From Candidatus Saccharimonas aalborgensis (GTDB lineage Bacteria; Patescibacteriota; Saccharimonadia; Saccharimonadales; Saccharimonadaceae): a DNA stretch of 32,000 nt. The notes beneath the pieces were generated by a model. It worked only from the letters and a program-made list of their open reading frames with translations, had not been told where the DNA came from and searched no databases. Shown one piece after another: positions 14,630 through 23,678 of the stretch. How positions within the stretch are numbered: the first letter of the stretch is position 1; every line of letters begins with the position of its first letter. Location: positions 30,001 through 62,000 of the forward strand of contig NC_021219.1 of assembly GCF_000392435.1 (NCBI RefSeq), written 5' to 3'. The translations under genes were made by a program, and so were the position numbers.

Positions 14630-14938
14630 ATGTCTTGGTTCCTCAACGCTCTCGGCATCATCGTTATCGTCGTCGTCAGCATCTTCCTGATTCTCGTGGT
14701 CATGTTCATTGTGTCCATCTTCAGGGAGGCGAGCAAGCCCTGGACGCCGCTCACGCCGAAGCAAGTGGAGGCAGAGCACCTGATGGGACAACTTCGGGCC
14801 GTCTACGGAGACATCCAGTACGCCCGCGCACAACAGTTTGGGGAGTGGGATACCCTACGAGCCGCGGATATCGCGCGGCTTCAGGCAGAGGCTACCACAC
14901 TCCGAAACCAGCTTGCGAGACTCGGCTACGACGAGTAG
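14630..14938 (+). CDS. Single-pass membrane protein with a C-terminal coiled-coil-like region, 102 aa (GC-rich cassette)
   Basis: The Shine-Dalgarno GAAGGAG (14617-14623) precedes the ATG at 14630. The N-terminal TM segment is WFLNALGIIVIVVVSIFLILVVMFIVSIF. The track ORF start at 14570 lies in the leader. Confidence 0.6.
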   Translation: MSWFLNALGIIVIVVVSIFLILVVMFIVSIFREASKPWTPLTPKQVEAEHLMGQLRAVYGDIQYARAQQFGEWDTLRAADIARLQAEATTLRNQLARLGYDE

Positions 14939-14945
14939 TACCATA

Positions 14946-15002
14946 AGCCCCGATCACCCGTTGCAGGCACACAGCCTCCGGGTGACCGGGGCTGTTTGCT
15001 TA
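14946..15002 (+). terminator. Terminator module R2 (second copy of the ~57-nt direct repeat)
   Basis: AGCCCCGATCACCCGTTGCAGGCACACAGCCTCCGGGTGACCGGGGCTGTTTGCTTA. It is identical to R1 except for one indel and about two substitutions. The hairpin is at 14972-14994. Confidence 0.65.
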
Positions 15003-15008
15003 TTGTGG

Positions 15009-17084
15009 CTAGTTGAGCGTCGTCAGTCGCTGGTAGTACCGAACTTGCTCAGAAAGGACGGTATACTTAGCCATATCTTCACCACGGTCGATAAACCGCT
15101 TTACGACATGTTGGGCTCGTGCAATAAGTGTGGTGTCAGCAAGTGTCGCAATTTGCAAATTCAGCGCCCCATGCTGTGCCTTGCCATAGATCTCACCCGG
15201 ACCGCGCAGCTGCATGTCTACCTCGGCAAGATAAAAGCCATCGTTGCTCTTCTCTATCTCGCGCAGCCGCTCGCTCGGCTTGTTTGTGGTGCCCATCATC
15301 AGATAGCAATAGCTCTGGTGGTGACTCCGCCCGACACGGCCACGCAACTGGTGAAGTTGACTGAGTCCAAACTGCTCAGCATTCTCTATCATCATCAGGG
15401 TCGCATTTGGCACATCGACGCCCACCTCGACAACAGTCGTGCTGACTAAAATATCATATTCACCTTGTTTGAACTGCTGCATGATGAGTTCTTTTTCGAT
15501 CGGTGTCATGCGACCATGGAGGAGCGCAATACGTCGATGGCTAAAAATGCTGTTTTTGAGCCGCTTGTACTCCGCCTCGACACTTTTGATGTCGTTATCC
15601 GGATTGTCATCGATCAAACTGCAAATCACATAGAGCTGACGACCCACCGCTATCTCTTTGTCGACGACATCGTAGACACTTTTCGCAGAGACAGGAGAAA
15701 TAATCTTGGTAATAATCGGCAAGCGCCCCTTTGGCTTTTCATTGAGCACCGATATATCGAGTTCGCCATAGACAGTGAGCGCGAGACTACGTGGAATTGG
15801 CGTGGCCGTCATCGCGAGCAGATGCGGCAGATGATGCGCCTTGTCCAGTAAACGTTGACGCTGCTCGACACCAAACCGATGTTGCTCATCAATCACGACA
15901 AAGCCAAGCTTTTGAAATACGACTTTTTCCTGAAACAGCGCATGTGTCCCAATGACCACATCGACATCGCCATTTGCGATCGCCTCGTACAGTGCCGCGC
16001 GCGCCTTGCCCTTAACGCTACCGATAAGTAATGCGACCCGTATGCCAAAAGGGCTCAGCAGCGCATCAAGCGTCTCGGCGTGCTGGCGAGCAAGAATCTC
16101 GGTTGGTGCCATAAGCGCCGTCTGGTACCCGCTACTCGCTGCTTGCCGCGCAGCAAGGCCAGCCACGACTGTTTTGCCACTGCCGACGTCACCCTGGAGC
16201 AAGCGATTCATAGGCGTTGCACGCTCAAAGTCCTGCAAAATATCCCAGGCTGCACGACGCTGAGCGCTCGTAAGATCGAATGATAATTGCGCAACAAATT
16301 GTTTGACCACCTCTACTTCAAAAGGGATATGATAGCCGCTTAGTTTTTGATTTTCACGTTTGTTGAGCTGACTAGCGAGCAATAACTCAAACAGCTCCTC
16401 AAACGCCAGCCGCTCACGTGCCGCGGCCACGTCATCAGTATTCTTTGGAAAGTGCATTGTGCTTATCGCTTCCGATCGACTCATGAGCTTTTCATCGCGG
16501 ATAACACTCTCTGGCAAGGTCTCGGGTAACACACTCATAAGTGGTCGCAGCTGCTCCAAGACTTTTCGTACCATCTGGCTCTTGAGGCCACGAACTGAGC
16601 GATACACCGGCAGAAGTCGATCAGCCTGGACCGGCAAATCGGCAGCTTTTTCGGCACTGGGATTGGTAAGTTGGTAGCGTCCTCTCGAGTATTCAAACTC
16701 ACCGCTAAAGTAAAACTCATCGTCGCCCCCCGCCAGTTGCTGGGTACGGTAGGGTTGGTTGAACCAAATAGCGTTCAATTTACTGGTGTCATCAACTAAT
16801 ACCGCTGTAGTCAGCTGCAATCCTCGCCTCACGGGCCGCGTGGAGATTTTTTCACATCGGGCCTTGATGGTGACCTTGCCTGGTTTGAGATCAGCGATCG
16901 TAGTGACGTTGGTGAAATCTTCGTGTTTGCGCGGCAAAAAAAGCAAAATATCACCTACCGTCACCAATCCTGCCCGGGCTAACTGTTCGGCGGTTTTTGG
17001 TCCTACTCCTTTGATCTGATCTAATGTGGTCGCAAGATTCACTTCTCTATCATACACCGCTAGTCGTTGTACGGTGTATCTCAT
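15009..17084 (-). CDS. recG: ATP-dependent DNA helicase RecG
   Basis: 691 aa. An N-terminal wedge/OB region is followed by LLQGDVGSGKTVVA (Walker A), VIDEQHRFGV (DEQH box) and QLRGRVGR (motif VI). Confidence 0.92.
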   Translation of the reverse strand: MRYTVQRLAVYDREVNLATTLDQIKGVGPKTAEQLARAGLVTVGDILLFLPRKHEDFTNVTTIADLKPGKVTIKARCEKISTRPVRRGLQLTTAVLVDDTSKLNAIWFNQPYRTQQLAGGDDEFYFSGEFEYSRGRYQLTNPSAEKAADLPVQADRLLPVYRSVRGLKSQMVRKVLEQLRPLMSVLPETLPESVIRDEKLMSRSEAISTMHFPKNTDDVAAARERLAFEELFELLLASQLNKRENQKLSGYHIPFEVEVVKQFVAQLSFDLTSAQRRAAWDILQDFERATPMNRLLQGDVGSGKTVVAGLAARQAASSGYQTALMAPTEILARQHAETLDALLSPFGIRVALLIGSVKGKARAALYEAIANGDVDVVIGTHALFQEKVVFQKLGFVVIDEQHRFGVEQRQRLLDKAHHLPHLLAMTATPIPRSLALTVYGELDISVLNEKPKGRLPIITKIISPVSAKSVYDVVDKEIAVGRQLYVICSLIDDNPDNDIKSVEAEYKRLKNSIFSHRRIALLHGRMTPIEKELIMQQFKQGEYDILVSTTVVEVGVDVPNATLMMIENAEQFGLSQLHQLRGRVGRSHHQSYCYLMMGTTNKPSERLREIEKSNDGFYLAEVDMQLRGPGEIYGKAQHGALNLQIATLADTTLIARAQHVVKRFIDRGEDMAKYTVLSEQVRYYQRLTTLN

Positions 17085-17230
17085 ACAAAGAGTGCGTAGC
17101 TATCACTAGGTTATCTCCTGTCAGGTGAGACAATACTGACTAGTTCATCATGAATGATACCATTTGAGACAATCGTGCCCTTGAACGGTGTCGTGGAGGC
17201 TGCGATGAGATACTCGTAATTTATTGTCAA

Positions 17231-18445
17231 CTAGCCCCTAACAAGGACAAAACTATTTTTGCCTTTTTTGACTAAAGATATATCTGTTATTTCGCAGTTT
17301 TCGGTTATTTTTTGACCATTTATCATCACACTGCCCGCCGCAATCAGACGCTTTGCTTCGCCGTTGCTCTCACATACACCCGCGCTCACAAGCACCGAGA
17401 TCAGTGACTGATAGCCAACGACTGGTATCTCGGCTGCCAAGGCGGTAATATCGTCATCTGTTAAGTCACCGAATTGGCGTCCATTGAACAACACGTCTGT
17501 TACACGCTCAACTGACTCGCGGCGCTCCCGCCCGTGCACTAGATCGGTTACTTCACGCGCCAAGGTTTTTTGGAGGGCTCGTTCGCCAGGATTGACTTGG
17601 TGATTGGTAATTAAGGCACCTACGGTATCGCGATCAAGCAGTGTGTAGACTTTCACCAGATCTTCACTGGTCTCATCGTCGCAGTTGAGCCAAAATTGAT
17701 AGAACTTGTAGGGGCTTGTTTTTGCTGGATCCAGCCAAACCGCTCCTCCTTCACTCTTACCAAACTTTACCCCTGTCTGCTTGTTGATGATGAGTGGTGT
17801 CGAAAATACATGTGCTTCGCCCCCAGCAATCCGTCGAATCAACTGCGTGCCGGCGATCATATTGCCCCACTGATCGCTACCGCCAAGCTGTAGCGAGGCG
17901 CCCTTTTCTCGATAAAGATGGAGAAAATCAAAGCCCTGAATGAGTGAATAACTAAACTCTGCATAGCTTATTCCAGCTCCCCCTTCACCGACACGCGCCT
18001 GGACAAAGTCGCGATCAAGCATCTGAGTTAATGGAGCGTGTTTGCCGATATCGCGCAAGAAGTCAAGGTAGTTGTAGTCTTTGAACCAATCATAATTATC
18101 AACAATCTCAAAGTTTTTGCCCGCAAAAATACGTTTGTACTGCTCAGAAATTGCTGCCTTATTGGCAGAAATTTGCTCGAGTGTCAGTAGATCACGTTCC
18201 TGTTTCTTGCCATCTGGATCGCCAATCATACCAGTGGCACCGCCAATCAACAAAATAGGTGTGTATCCGTGCTCGATGAATTGCCGCACGAGCATCGCAG
18301 CGGCGAGGTTGCCAATCGTCATACTGTCAGCGCTGGGATCTACGCCCCAATAAAAGGTGCGCGTTGTTTCATCTAAATCAGTGATGTCGGCAAATGTCAT
18401 TTGATTGACAAAGCCTCGCCATGACAACTCTTCGGATAATGTCAT
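17231..18445 (-). CDS. tyrS: Tyrosyl-tRNA synthetase
   Basis: 404 aa. YWGVDPSADSMTIGNL (HIGH-region equivalent), GGSDQWGN and KFGKS (KMSKS variant) are present, with a C-terminal S4-like domain. Confidence 0.92.
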   Translation of the reverse strand: MTLSEELSWRGFVNQMTFADITDLDETTRTFYWGVDPSADSMTIGNLAAAMLVRQFIEHGYTPILLIGGATGMIGDPDGKKQERDLLTLEQISANKAAISEQYKRIFAGKNFEIVDNYDWFKDYNYLDFLRDIGKHAPLTQMLDRDFVQARVGEGGAGISYAEFSYSLIQGFDFLHLYREKGASLQLGGSDQWGNMIAGTQLIRRIAGGEAHVFSTPLIINKQTGVKFGKSEGGAVWLDPAKTSPYKFYQFWLNCDDETSEDLVKVYTLLDRDTVGALITNHQVNPGERALQKTLAREVTDLVHGRERRESVERVTDVLFNGRQFGDLTDDDITALAAEIPVVGYQSLISVLVSAGVCESNGEAKRLIAAGSVMINGQKITENCEITDISLVKKGKNSFVLVRG

Positions 18446-18561
18446 GTCAGCGCTCCTTTCTCTTTAGTTTACCGGTCAATAGTAGCACAAAAAACCATTC
18501 CCCGCACGTCTCAAATGGTGCTATAATGGGGTCAATATGCTTATGGGAAGGTACTATTATT

Positions 18562-21222
18562 GTGGCAGGTAGAAAATCCTCTACGCGCAAAGTAAGTGTG
18601 TACTCAAATCTCGCATCGAGGCGGAGGTCTAAAAAAGATGTCAAGTCGAGGCAAAAAGCAGAGTACCTCGCTAGTCTCCCCAAGCACCCCGTGAAACGTA
18701 TACTGTACCGACTCCACCCGAAGCGAGTCTATCAGTATTGGTTTAGCAAAAAAGGACTATTTATGGCGGCAAAGATTGTCGGCGTTACGGTTCTTCTCTT
18801 TGTGCTACTGATCCTCGGATTATTCGCCTACTACCGCAAGGACCTTGACGCAATACGACCCGGCGAACTTGACAAACGAGTGCAGTCAACGGTTATTAAG
18901 TACTACGACCGCAATGGTGCACTTCTCTGGGAAGATAAGGGCGCGGGCGATTATCGACTGGTGGTTACAAGTGACAACATCAATACCTATATGAAGCAAG
19001 CAACCGTTGCAATCGAGGACAAAGATTTCTATAGTCATCCCGGTATTAGCTTTTCGGGTATTCTCCGCGCATTTCTAAACAATAGTCAAGGGAATGCTAC
19101 TCAAGGCGGATCTACACTTACGCAACAACTCGTAAAGCAAGTATTCTTCCCGCCTGACGAAGCGCAGCAGCGAGGTGTTGCCGGCATCCCGCGCAAGATC
19201 AAGGAAATGATTTTGTCGGTCGAGGTTGAGCGCATGTACAACAAAGACCAGATTTTGACTCTCTATCTCAATGAGTCGCCCTACGGTGGTCGACGCAACG
19301 GAGTGGAATCTGCCGCGCAAACCTATTTCCATAAGTCAGCCAAGGATTTGACGCTTGCCGAGTCAGCGCTACTGGCCGCTATTCCCAATAACCCCTCTGT
19401 CTATAATCCGTATGATGTCACGGGTCACGTTGCACTTATCGAGCGGCAGCACAAAGTCCTTGATAGCATGGCAGACATGAAATATATATCGAGGGAACAA
19501 GCAGAGGAAGCCAAGAAAGTCGCTGTACTCGATACGCTTCAACCACTTGCCGACCAATTAGCTGGGATCAAAGCACCCCACTTTGTTCTGATGGTCAAAG
19601 CGCAACTCGAAAAAGAACTTGGTAAAGCAACTGTCGGACAGGGCGGCTTAACCGTTGTCACTACACTTGATCTCACCGCACAAAGCAAACTAGAAGCAAA
19701 TATGACAGCGATGTTTGATGGCACGCTGACAGATCGAAACTGTAGCTATGTGTCATGTCCAAGTTACGCAGGGTTTACCAATGGTGCTGCCGCAATAGAA
19801 GACGTTGAGACCGGCCAGTTGATTGCGCTGGTTGGTAGTAGAGATTACGGCTATCCTGGGTTTGGGCAAGACAATGCGGCCACGGCGTTTATCCAGCCTG
19901 GTTCAACAATCAAGCCGTTTGTGTATGCACAGTTATTTCAAAAACAAGCTGACGGCAAACCAAACTTTGGCAGCGGATCAATTCTCTCAGATACGTCAAC
20001 CACGTTTCCCGGGAATTATAAGCCACAAAATGCAGATGGCAAATTTCAGGGAAACATAAATATACGCCAAAGTCTCGACAGATCACGCAATATCCCCGCC
20101 ATCAAAGCAATGGTGATCGCTGGCAAAGACGAAACGTGGGCAACAATCCGAGCCATGGGAGATGTTGACTATTGTACCCAGGGGCCAGACCAAGATGCAG
20201 GACTCTCGTCAGCAATAGGTGGTTGCGGGACGCGCCTTACCGATCATACCAACGCTATCGCTTCATTCGCGCGCATGGGTGTGTATATGCCACAGACAAC
20301 AATACTAAAGGTAACAAATAGCACTGGCGAAGTGATCAAACAGTATAAGTCTGAGACAAAACAAGTGATCGACCCACAAGCAGCATACATCGTTAATGAC
20401 ATATTGGGTGATAGCAATGCCAGAGCTGGTCTCGGCTGGAACCAAGACTACTTAGTTCGACTCAACAAAGCAGGTATAAAGGCAGCGGCAAAAACCGGTA
20501 CGAGCAATGGTCAGATTGGCTCAAAGATCGTGCCTAAAGATATATGGACAGTTGGCTACACTCCCCACCTCTCTATGTCGGTATGGCTCGGAAACCCTGA
20601 TACCACGCCGCTCAGGCAAGGAAATTCTCTCATTCCAGCCATGATTTATGATAAAACGATGATGGAGGTGTCCCAATACTACATCGATAGCGGCAAAGCC
20701 AAAGGAAGCGACTGGTTTACGGCACCGTCAGGTATCCAGCGCGTTGGCAACGAAGTGTACCCCTCGTACTGGAACAAATCAAGCGGTATTACCAATACAA
20801 AAGCTACCTTTGACCGCGTCTCCAAAAAGAAAGCCACCGACTGCACACCGACTGCTGCAAAAATTGAGCTGAGCGTAAGTAAAATTACTGACCCCTACAC
20901 CAAAAAGGATATCATCAGCGCACCTGATGGCTATGATGGTTCGGCAGATGACGATATTCACTCCTGCTCTGATCCAAAACCGTATGTGACTCTCTCGACT
21001 TCTGGAAATACAGCTATGATGAGCTTTGGCACCTCAAGCAGCTCAACGTTCCAGCCAATGACAATTGAGCTTCGATCTCCGAGCGGTGTTATCGCAACTA
21101 AGCAAGTAACAAGTAACGACTCGTGGGGAGTTGATCTCACTGGCGTACCCCACGGAACTCAGTTGACGGCCACTGTCACCGATACGGGTTATTATACGGA
21201 CTCGGCAACAACAACTTATTAG
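18562..21222 (+). CDS. Class A penicillin-binding protein (glycosyltransferase plus transpeptidase)
   Basis: GT51 motifs are EDKDFYSHPGIS, GGSTLTQQLVK and RKIKE. Transpeptidase motifs are STIKP, SRN and KTGTS. I chose the GTG at 18562 (MAGRKSS...) because the track start at 18421 overlaps tyrS and a TGCTATAAT -10 element sits at about 18518-18526. Confidence in the exact start is moderate. Confidence 0.85.
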   Translation: MAGRKSSTRKVSVYSNLASRRRSKKDVKSRQKAEYLASLPKHPVKRILYRLHPKRVYQYWFSKKGLFMAAKIVGVTVLLFVLLILGLFAYYRKDLDAIRPGELDKRVQSTVIKYYDRNGALLWEDKGAGDYRLVVTSDNINTYMKQATVAIEDKDFYSHPGISFSGILRAFLNNSQGNATQGGSTLTQQLVKQVFFPPDEAQQRGVAGIPRKIKEMILSVEVERMYNKDQILTLYLNESPYGGRRNGVESAAQTYFHKSAKDLTLAESALLAAIPNNPSVYNPYDVTGHVALIERQHKVLDSMADMKYISREQAEEAKKVAVLDTLQPLADQLAGIKAPHFVLMVKAQLEKELGKATVGQGGLTVVTTLDLTAQSKLEANMTAMFDGTLTDRNCSYVSCPSYAGFTNGAAAIEDVETGQLIALVGSRDYGYPGFGQDNAATAFIQPGSTIKPFVYAQLFQKQADGKPNFGSGSILSDTSTTFPGNYKPQNADGKFQGNINIRQSLDRSRNIPAIKAMVIAGKDETWATIRAMGDVDYCTQGPDQDAGLSSAIGGCGTRLTDHTNAIASFARMGVYMPQTTILKVTNSTGEVIKQYKSETKQVIDPQAAYIVNDILGDSNARAGLGWNQDYLVRLNKAGIKAAAKTGTSNGQIGSKIVPKDIWTVGYTPHLSMSVWLGNPDTTPLRQGNSLIPAMIYDKTMMEVSQYYIDSGKAKGSDWFTAPSGIQRVGNEVYPSYWNKSSGITNTKATFDRVSKKKATDCTPTAAKIELSVSKITDPYTKKDIISAPDGYDGSADDDIHSCSDPKPYVTLSTSGNTAMMSFGTSSSSTFQPMTIELRSPSGVIATKQVTSNDSWGVDLTGVPHGTQLTATVTDTGYYTDSATTTY

Positions 21223-21236
21223 ATAATAGCTTACCC

Positions 21237-21353
21237 GAATCTAAACCCCTCCCCCGACAGACAGTTGGCCCTGATGGGCCAAGGCCCGCCAAGGCCAAGG
21301 CTAATCACTTAGCGGCGGGCCGGTTGTCTGGAGTGGGGAGGAGTTTGAGATTC
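21237..21353 (+). repeat. Long imperfect palindrome repeat, copy 1 (candidate structured RNA or MITE-like element)
   Basis: GAATCTAAACCCCTCCCCCGACAGACAGTTGGCCC...GGGCCGGTTGTCTGGAGTGGGGAGGAGTTTGAGATTC. It lies between the convergent PBP and PIN-TRAM genes. A second copy is at 30231-30347. Confidence 0.6.
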
Positions 21354-21360
21354 AGATCTA

Positions 21361-22284
21361 TCAAGGTTGTTTTTCGACTAAGTCGATGAGTGCACTCTCT
21401 CTATCCTGACGACGAGGAGATGACAATGAACGAGATAATTTTTGACGTGGCACAAATGGGCGTTGATCACGGTCATTCTTGCCAATCTTTTTTGGTGATA
21501 CAGATTCCTTCTGTGAGATGATCTTATGCGATGAGTCTTGGGTACGAGATCGCTGGGGACGACTCTGTGTCGGTTTAGCGATTGATTTATCTGATGCACG
21601 GCGAGCAAACATCATTTTGCCAGCGGCGGTCTGGAGGCTTCGAATCACTTCGACACTGACAGTTTGACCGATGAGATTGCTCGCCTGTTCAACGACGACC
21701 ATTGTCCCATCTGCTAGATAGCCGACACCCTGGTGGCTATCCTGACCTTTCTGTACAAGTTCTACCATCATATGCTCGCCAGGCAAGTAAGCCATACGTA
21801 AACTCTGCGCGAGCTCATTGATATTGAGGACAGGAATGCCCTCAACGGCGGCAACTTTATTCAGATTGTAATCGATAGTACAGATGACAGCGGTGTATTG
21901 TTTTGCAAGTGAGAGCAGTCTTTCGTCTACCCCTTCTTGGGCCTTGCTGCCGTCCTGGAGTACTTCAACGGTCACCATCGGCATTGCCTGTAGCTCAGTA
22001 ATGACGTCAAGTCCACGACGCGCCCTGGCACGCTTGTCGGCATCGGCATTATCCGCGAGAAACTGTAGCTCACCGACCACACTACGCGGAATCACTAGTG
22101 CGCCCCCCATGAATCCGGTTGATGCAATTGAGGTAATCCGCCCATCCATGAGGACCGAGGTATCGATCAATATTGGTCGTTCTTTTGATTTTATCGATGT
22201 TTTTGGCAATCTTGCCAAAAGATACGTTACTTCGCCGAGAATAAGAAGCGTGACAGCGAGTAACGCGATGTCTTTTGTTTCCAT
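21361..22284 (-). CDS. PIN-TRAM domain protein (YacL-like)
   Basis: An N-terminal TM segment is followed by the PIN region ILIDTSVLMDGRI...CTIDYNLNKVA. The TRAM-like segment is LIGQTVSVEVIRSLQTAAGKMMFAR. The position next to radA is typical. Confidence 0.8.
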   Translation of the reverse strand: METKDIALLAVTLLILGEVTYLLARLPKTSIKSKERPILIDTSVLMDGRITSIASTGFMGGALVIPRSVVGELQFLADNADADKRARARRGLDVITELQAMPMVTVEVLQDGSKAQEGVDERLLSLAKQYTAVICTIDYNLNKVAAVEGIPVLNINELAQSLRMAYLPGEHMMVELVQKGQDSHQGVGYLADGTMVVVEQASNLIGQTVSVEVIRSLQTAAGKMMFARRASDKSIAKPTQSRPQRSRTQDSSHKIISQKESVSPKKIGKNDRDQRPFVPRQKLSRSLSSPRRQDRESALIDLVEKQP

Positions 22285-22319
22285 AATAATAATATCCTTT
22301 CGTTATACGAATTCGCTCA

Positions 22320-23678
22320 CTATTTCAGATAGTCTACGAGCGCGTGGCGTAAATCTTGTACGCCGTTAATAAATGAATTCTTTTTGCTTGGAACAGGGGC
22401 AATTGCATGCGTGAATCCAAGCTTTTTTGCTTCGGCAATCCGCTTGTCTGACAAACTAGCGCTACGGATCTCCCCGCCCAGTCCCACTTCGCCAAACACA
22501 ACTAGCTCATCATCAAGTCGTCTGCCGGCAGCAGCACTCGCAATTGCCATTGCCACCGCGAGATCGGCAGCAGGATCAGCAAGTTTAAGACCTCCCACAA
22601 CGTTGATATAGATGTCTTTGTCCGATAAGTTCAGTTTGGTGCGGCGCTCAAGTACCGCGATCAAAAGATTGAGCCTATTGAGATCAAATCCGCTTGCTGT
22701 TCTCTTAGGATACCCGAAGCTTGTCGAATTGACAAGCGCCTGAATCTCTACCAAAATTGGTCTATTACCCTCAAGTGTGGCGAGGACGACCGATCCATCG
22801 GCATTTTGCCGTTCAGCAAGGAGAGCCGCGGAGGGGTTCTTGACTACTGTCAGACCCGTTTCTGTCATTTCAAAAATCGCTGCCTCACTCGTCGATCCAT
22901 AGCGGTTTTTGATCGCTCGTACTACCTTGAAGCCACCGTATCGATCTCCTTCGAACTGCAATACCACATCGACGAGGTGCTCTAAGACCTTTGGTCCGGC
23001 GATCGATCCCTCTTTTGTCACGTGCCCTACTAGTATGACGGCCGCTCCCGACTCTTTGGCCGCCCGAATGATGACATTTGCAGAGTTGGTGATCTGACTG
23101 ACCGTGCCAGGTGCGCTGGTTATCTCTGCGAGGCTCAAAGTCTGGACGCTATCGATGATGACCAACCGATATGCACCAGTCCGGATGGTCGCTGCGATAT
23201 CATCAGCACTGGTACTGGCAATAAAATGTAGGTCGTCACCTGACTCAGCGCCAAGTCGAGTTGCCCTCAGCTTGACCTGCCCAGCCGATTCTTCGCCGCT
23301 TGCATAGAGGACGGGCAGCGTCGCCGAGATGTGCGAGGCGATCTGAAGCAGCAATGTCGATTTACCAATTCCTGGTTGACCAGCGAGCAATACTACACCT
23401 CCTGGCAATACACCGCCGCCCAGTACACTATCGAGGTCGGCGATCCCCGTCCCAAAGCGTGTGATTGACTCCTTGGTGCTGATGGTACGCATCGTCTGAG
23501 GGGTCAGCGGCCTCCCAGTCTTTGCGCTCCTAGCTACTGCTGAGCTACCTTCGGAGGTTGCTGTCTGTTCGACAAGTGAGTTCCATTCGCCGCACTGTTC
23601 GCATTTACCAGTCCACTTCGGAAAAACTGCCCCACACTGCTGACACACAAATTGCGTACGAGTTTTTGCCATTATCAT
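22320..23678 (-). CDS. radA: DNA repair protein RadA/Sms
   Basis: The N-terminal zinc ribbon is CQQCGAVFPKWTGKCEQCGEW. GQPGIGKST is the Walker A motif and KNRYG is present, followed by a Lon-like C-terminal domain. Confidence 0.92.
   Translation of the reverse strand: MIMAKTRTQFVCQQCGAVFPKWTGKCEQCGEWNSLVEQTATSEGSSAVARSAKTGRPLTPQTMRTISTKESITRFGTGIADLDSVLGGGVLPGGVVLLAGQPGIGKSTLLLQIASHISATLPVLYASGEESAGQVKLRATRLGAESGDDLHFIASTSADDIAATIRTGAYRLVIIDSVQTLSLAEITSAPGTVSQITNSANVIIRAAKESGAAVILVGHVTKEGSIAGPKVLEHLVDVVLQFEGDRYGGFKVVRAIKNRYGSTSEAAIFEMTETGLTVVKNPSAALLAERQNADGSVVLATLEGNRPILVEIQALVNSTSFGYPKRTASGFDLNRLNLLIAVLERRTKLNLSDKDIYINVVGGLKLADPAADLAVAMAIASAAAGRRLDDELVVFGEVGLGGEIRSASLSDKRIAEAKKLGFTHAIAPVPSKKNSFINGVQDLRHALVDYLK

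Noticed and set aside
14336-14833. 165-aa minus-strand ORF across the two mini-cassettes
   Set aside because: It crosses a terminator and a consensus promoter on the other strand and has a low-complexity Asp/Glu/His run. The + strand ORFs have proper promoter, SD and terminator context.
18421-18561. First 47 codons of the 933-aa PBP track ORF
   Set aside because: This part overlaps the tyrS 5' end and the predicted PBP promoter. The GTG at 18562, which gives the basic N-terminus MAGRKSSTRK, fits class A PBPs better.
21237-21353. The palindromic element considered as the SRP (4.5S) RNA
   Set aside because: It contains GCCAAGGC, reminiscent of the 4.5S helix 8 3' side. However, it lacks the GGAA tetraloop context and the conserved symmetric-loop sequence, and it is present in two divergent copies. 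An SRP RNA assignment is therefore not supported.
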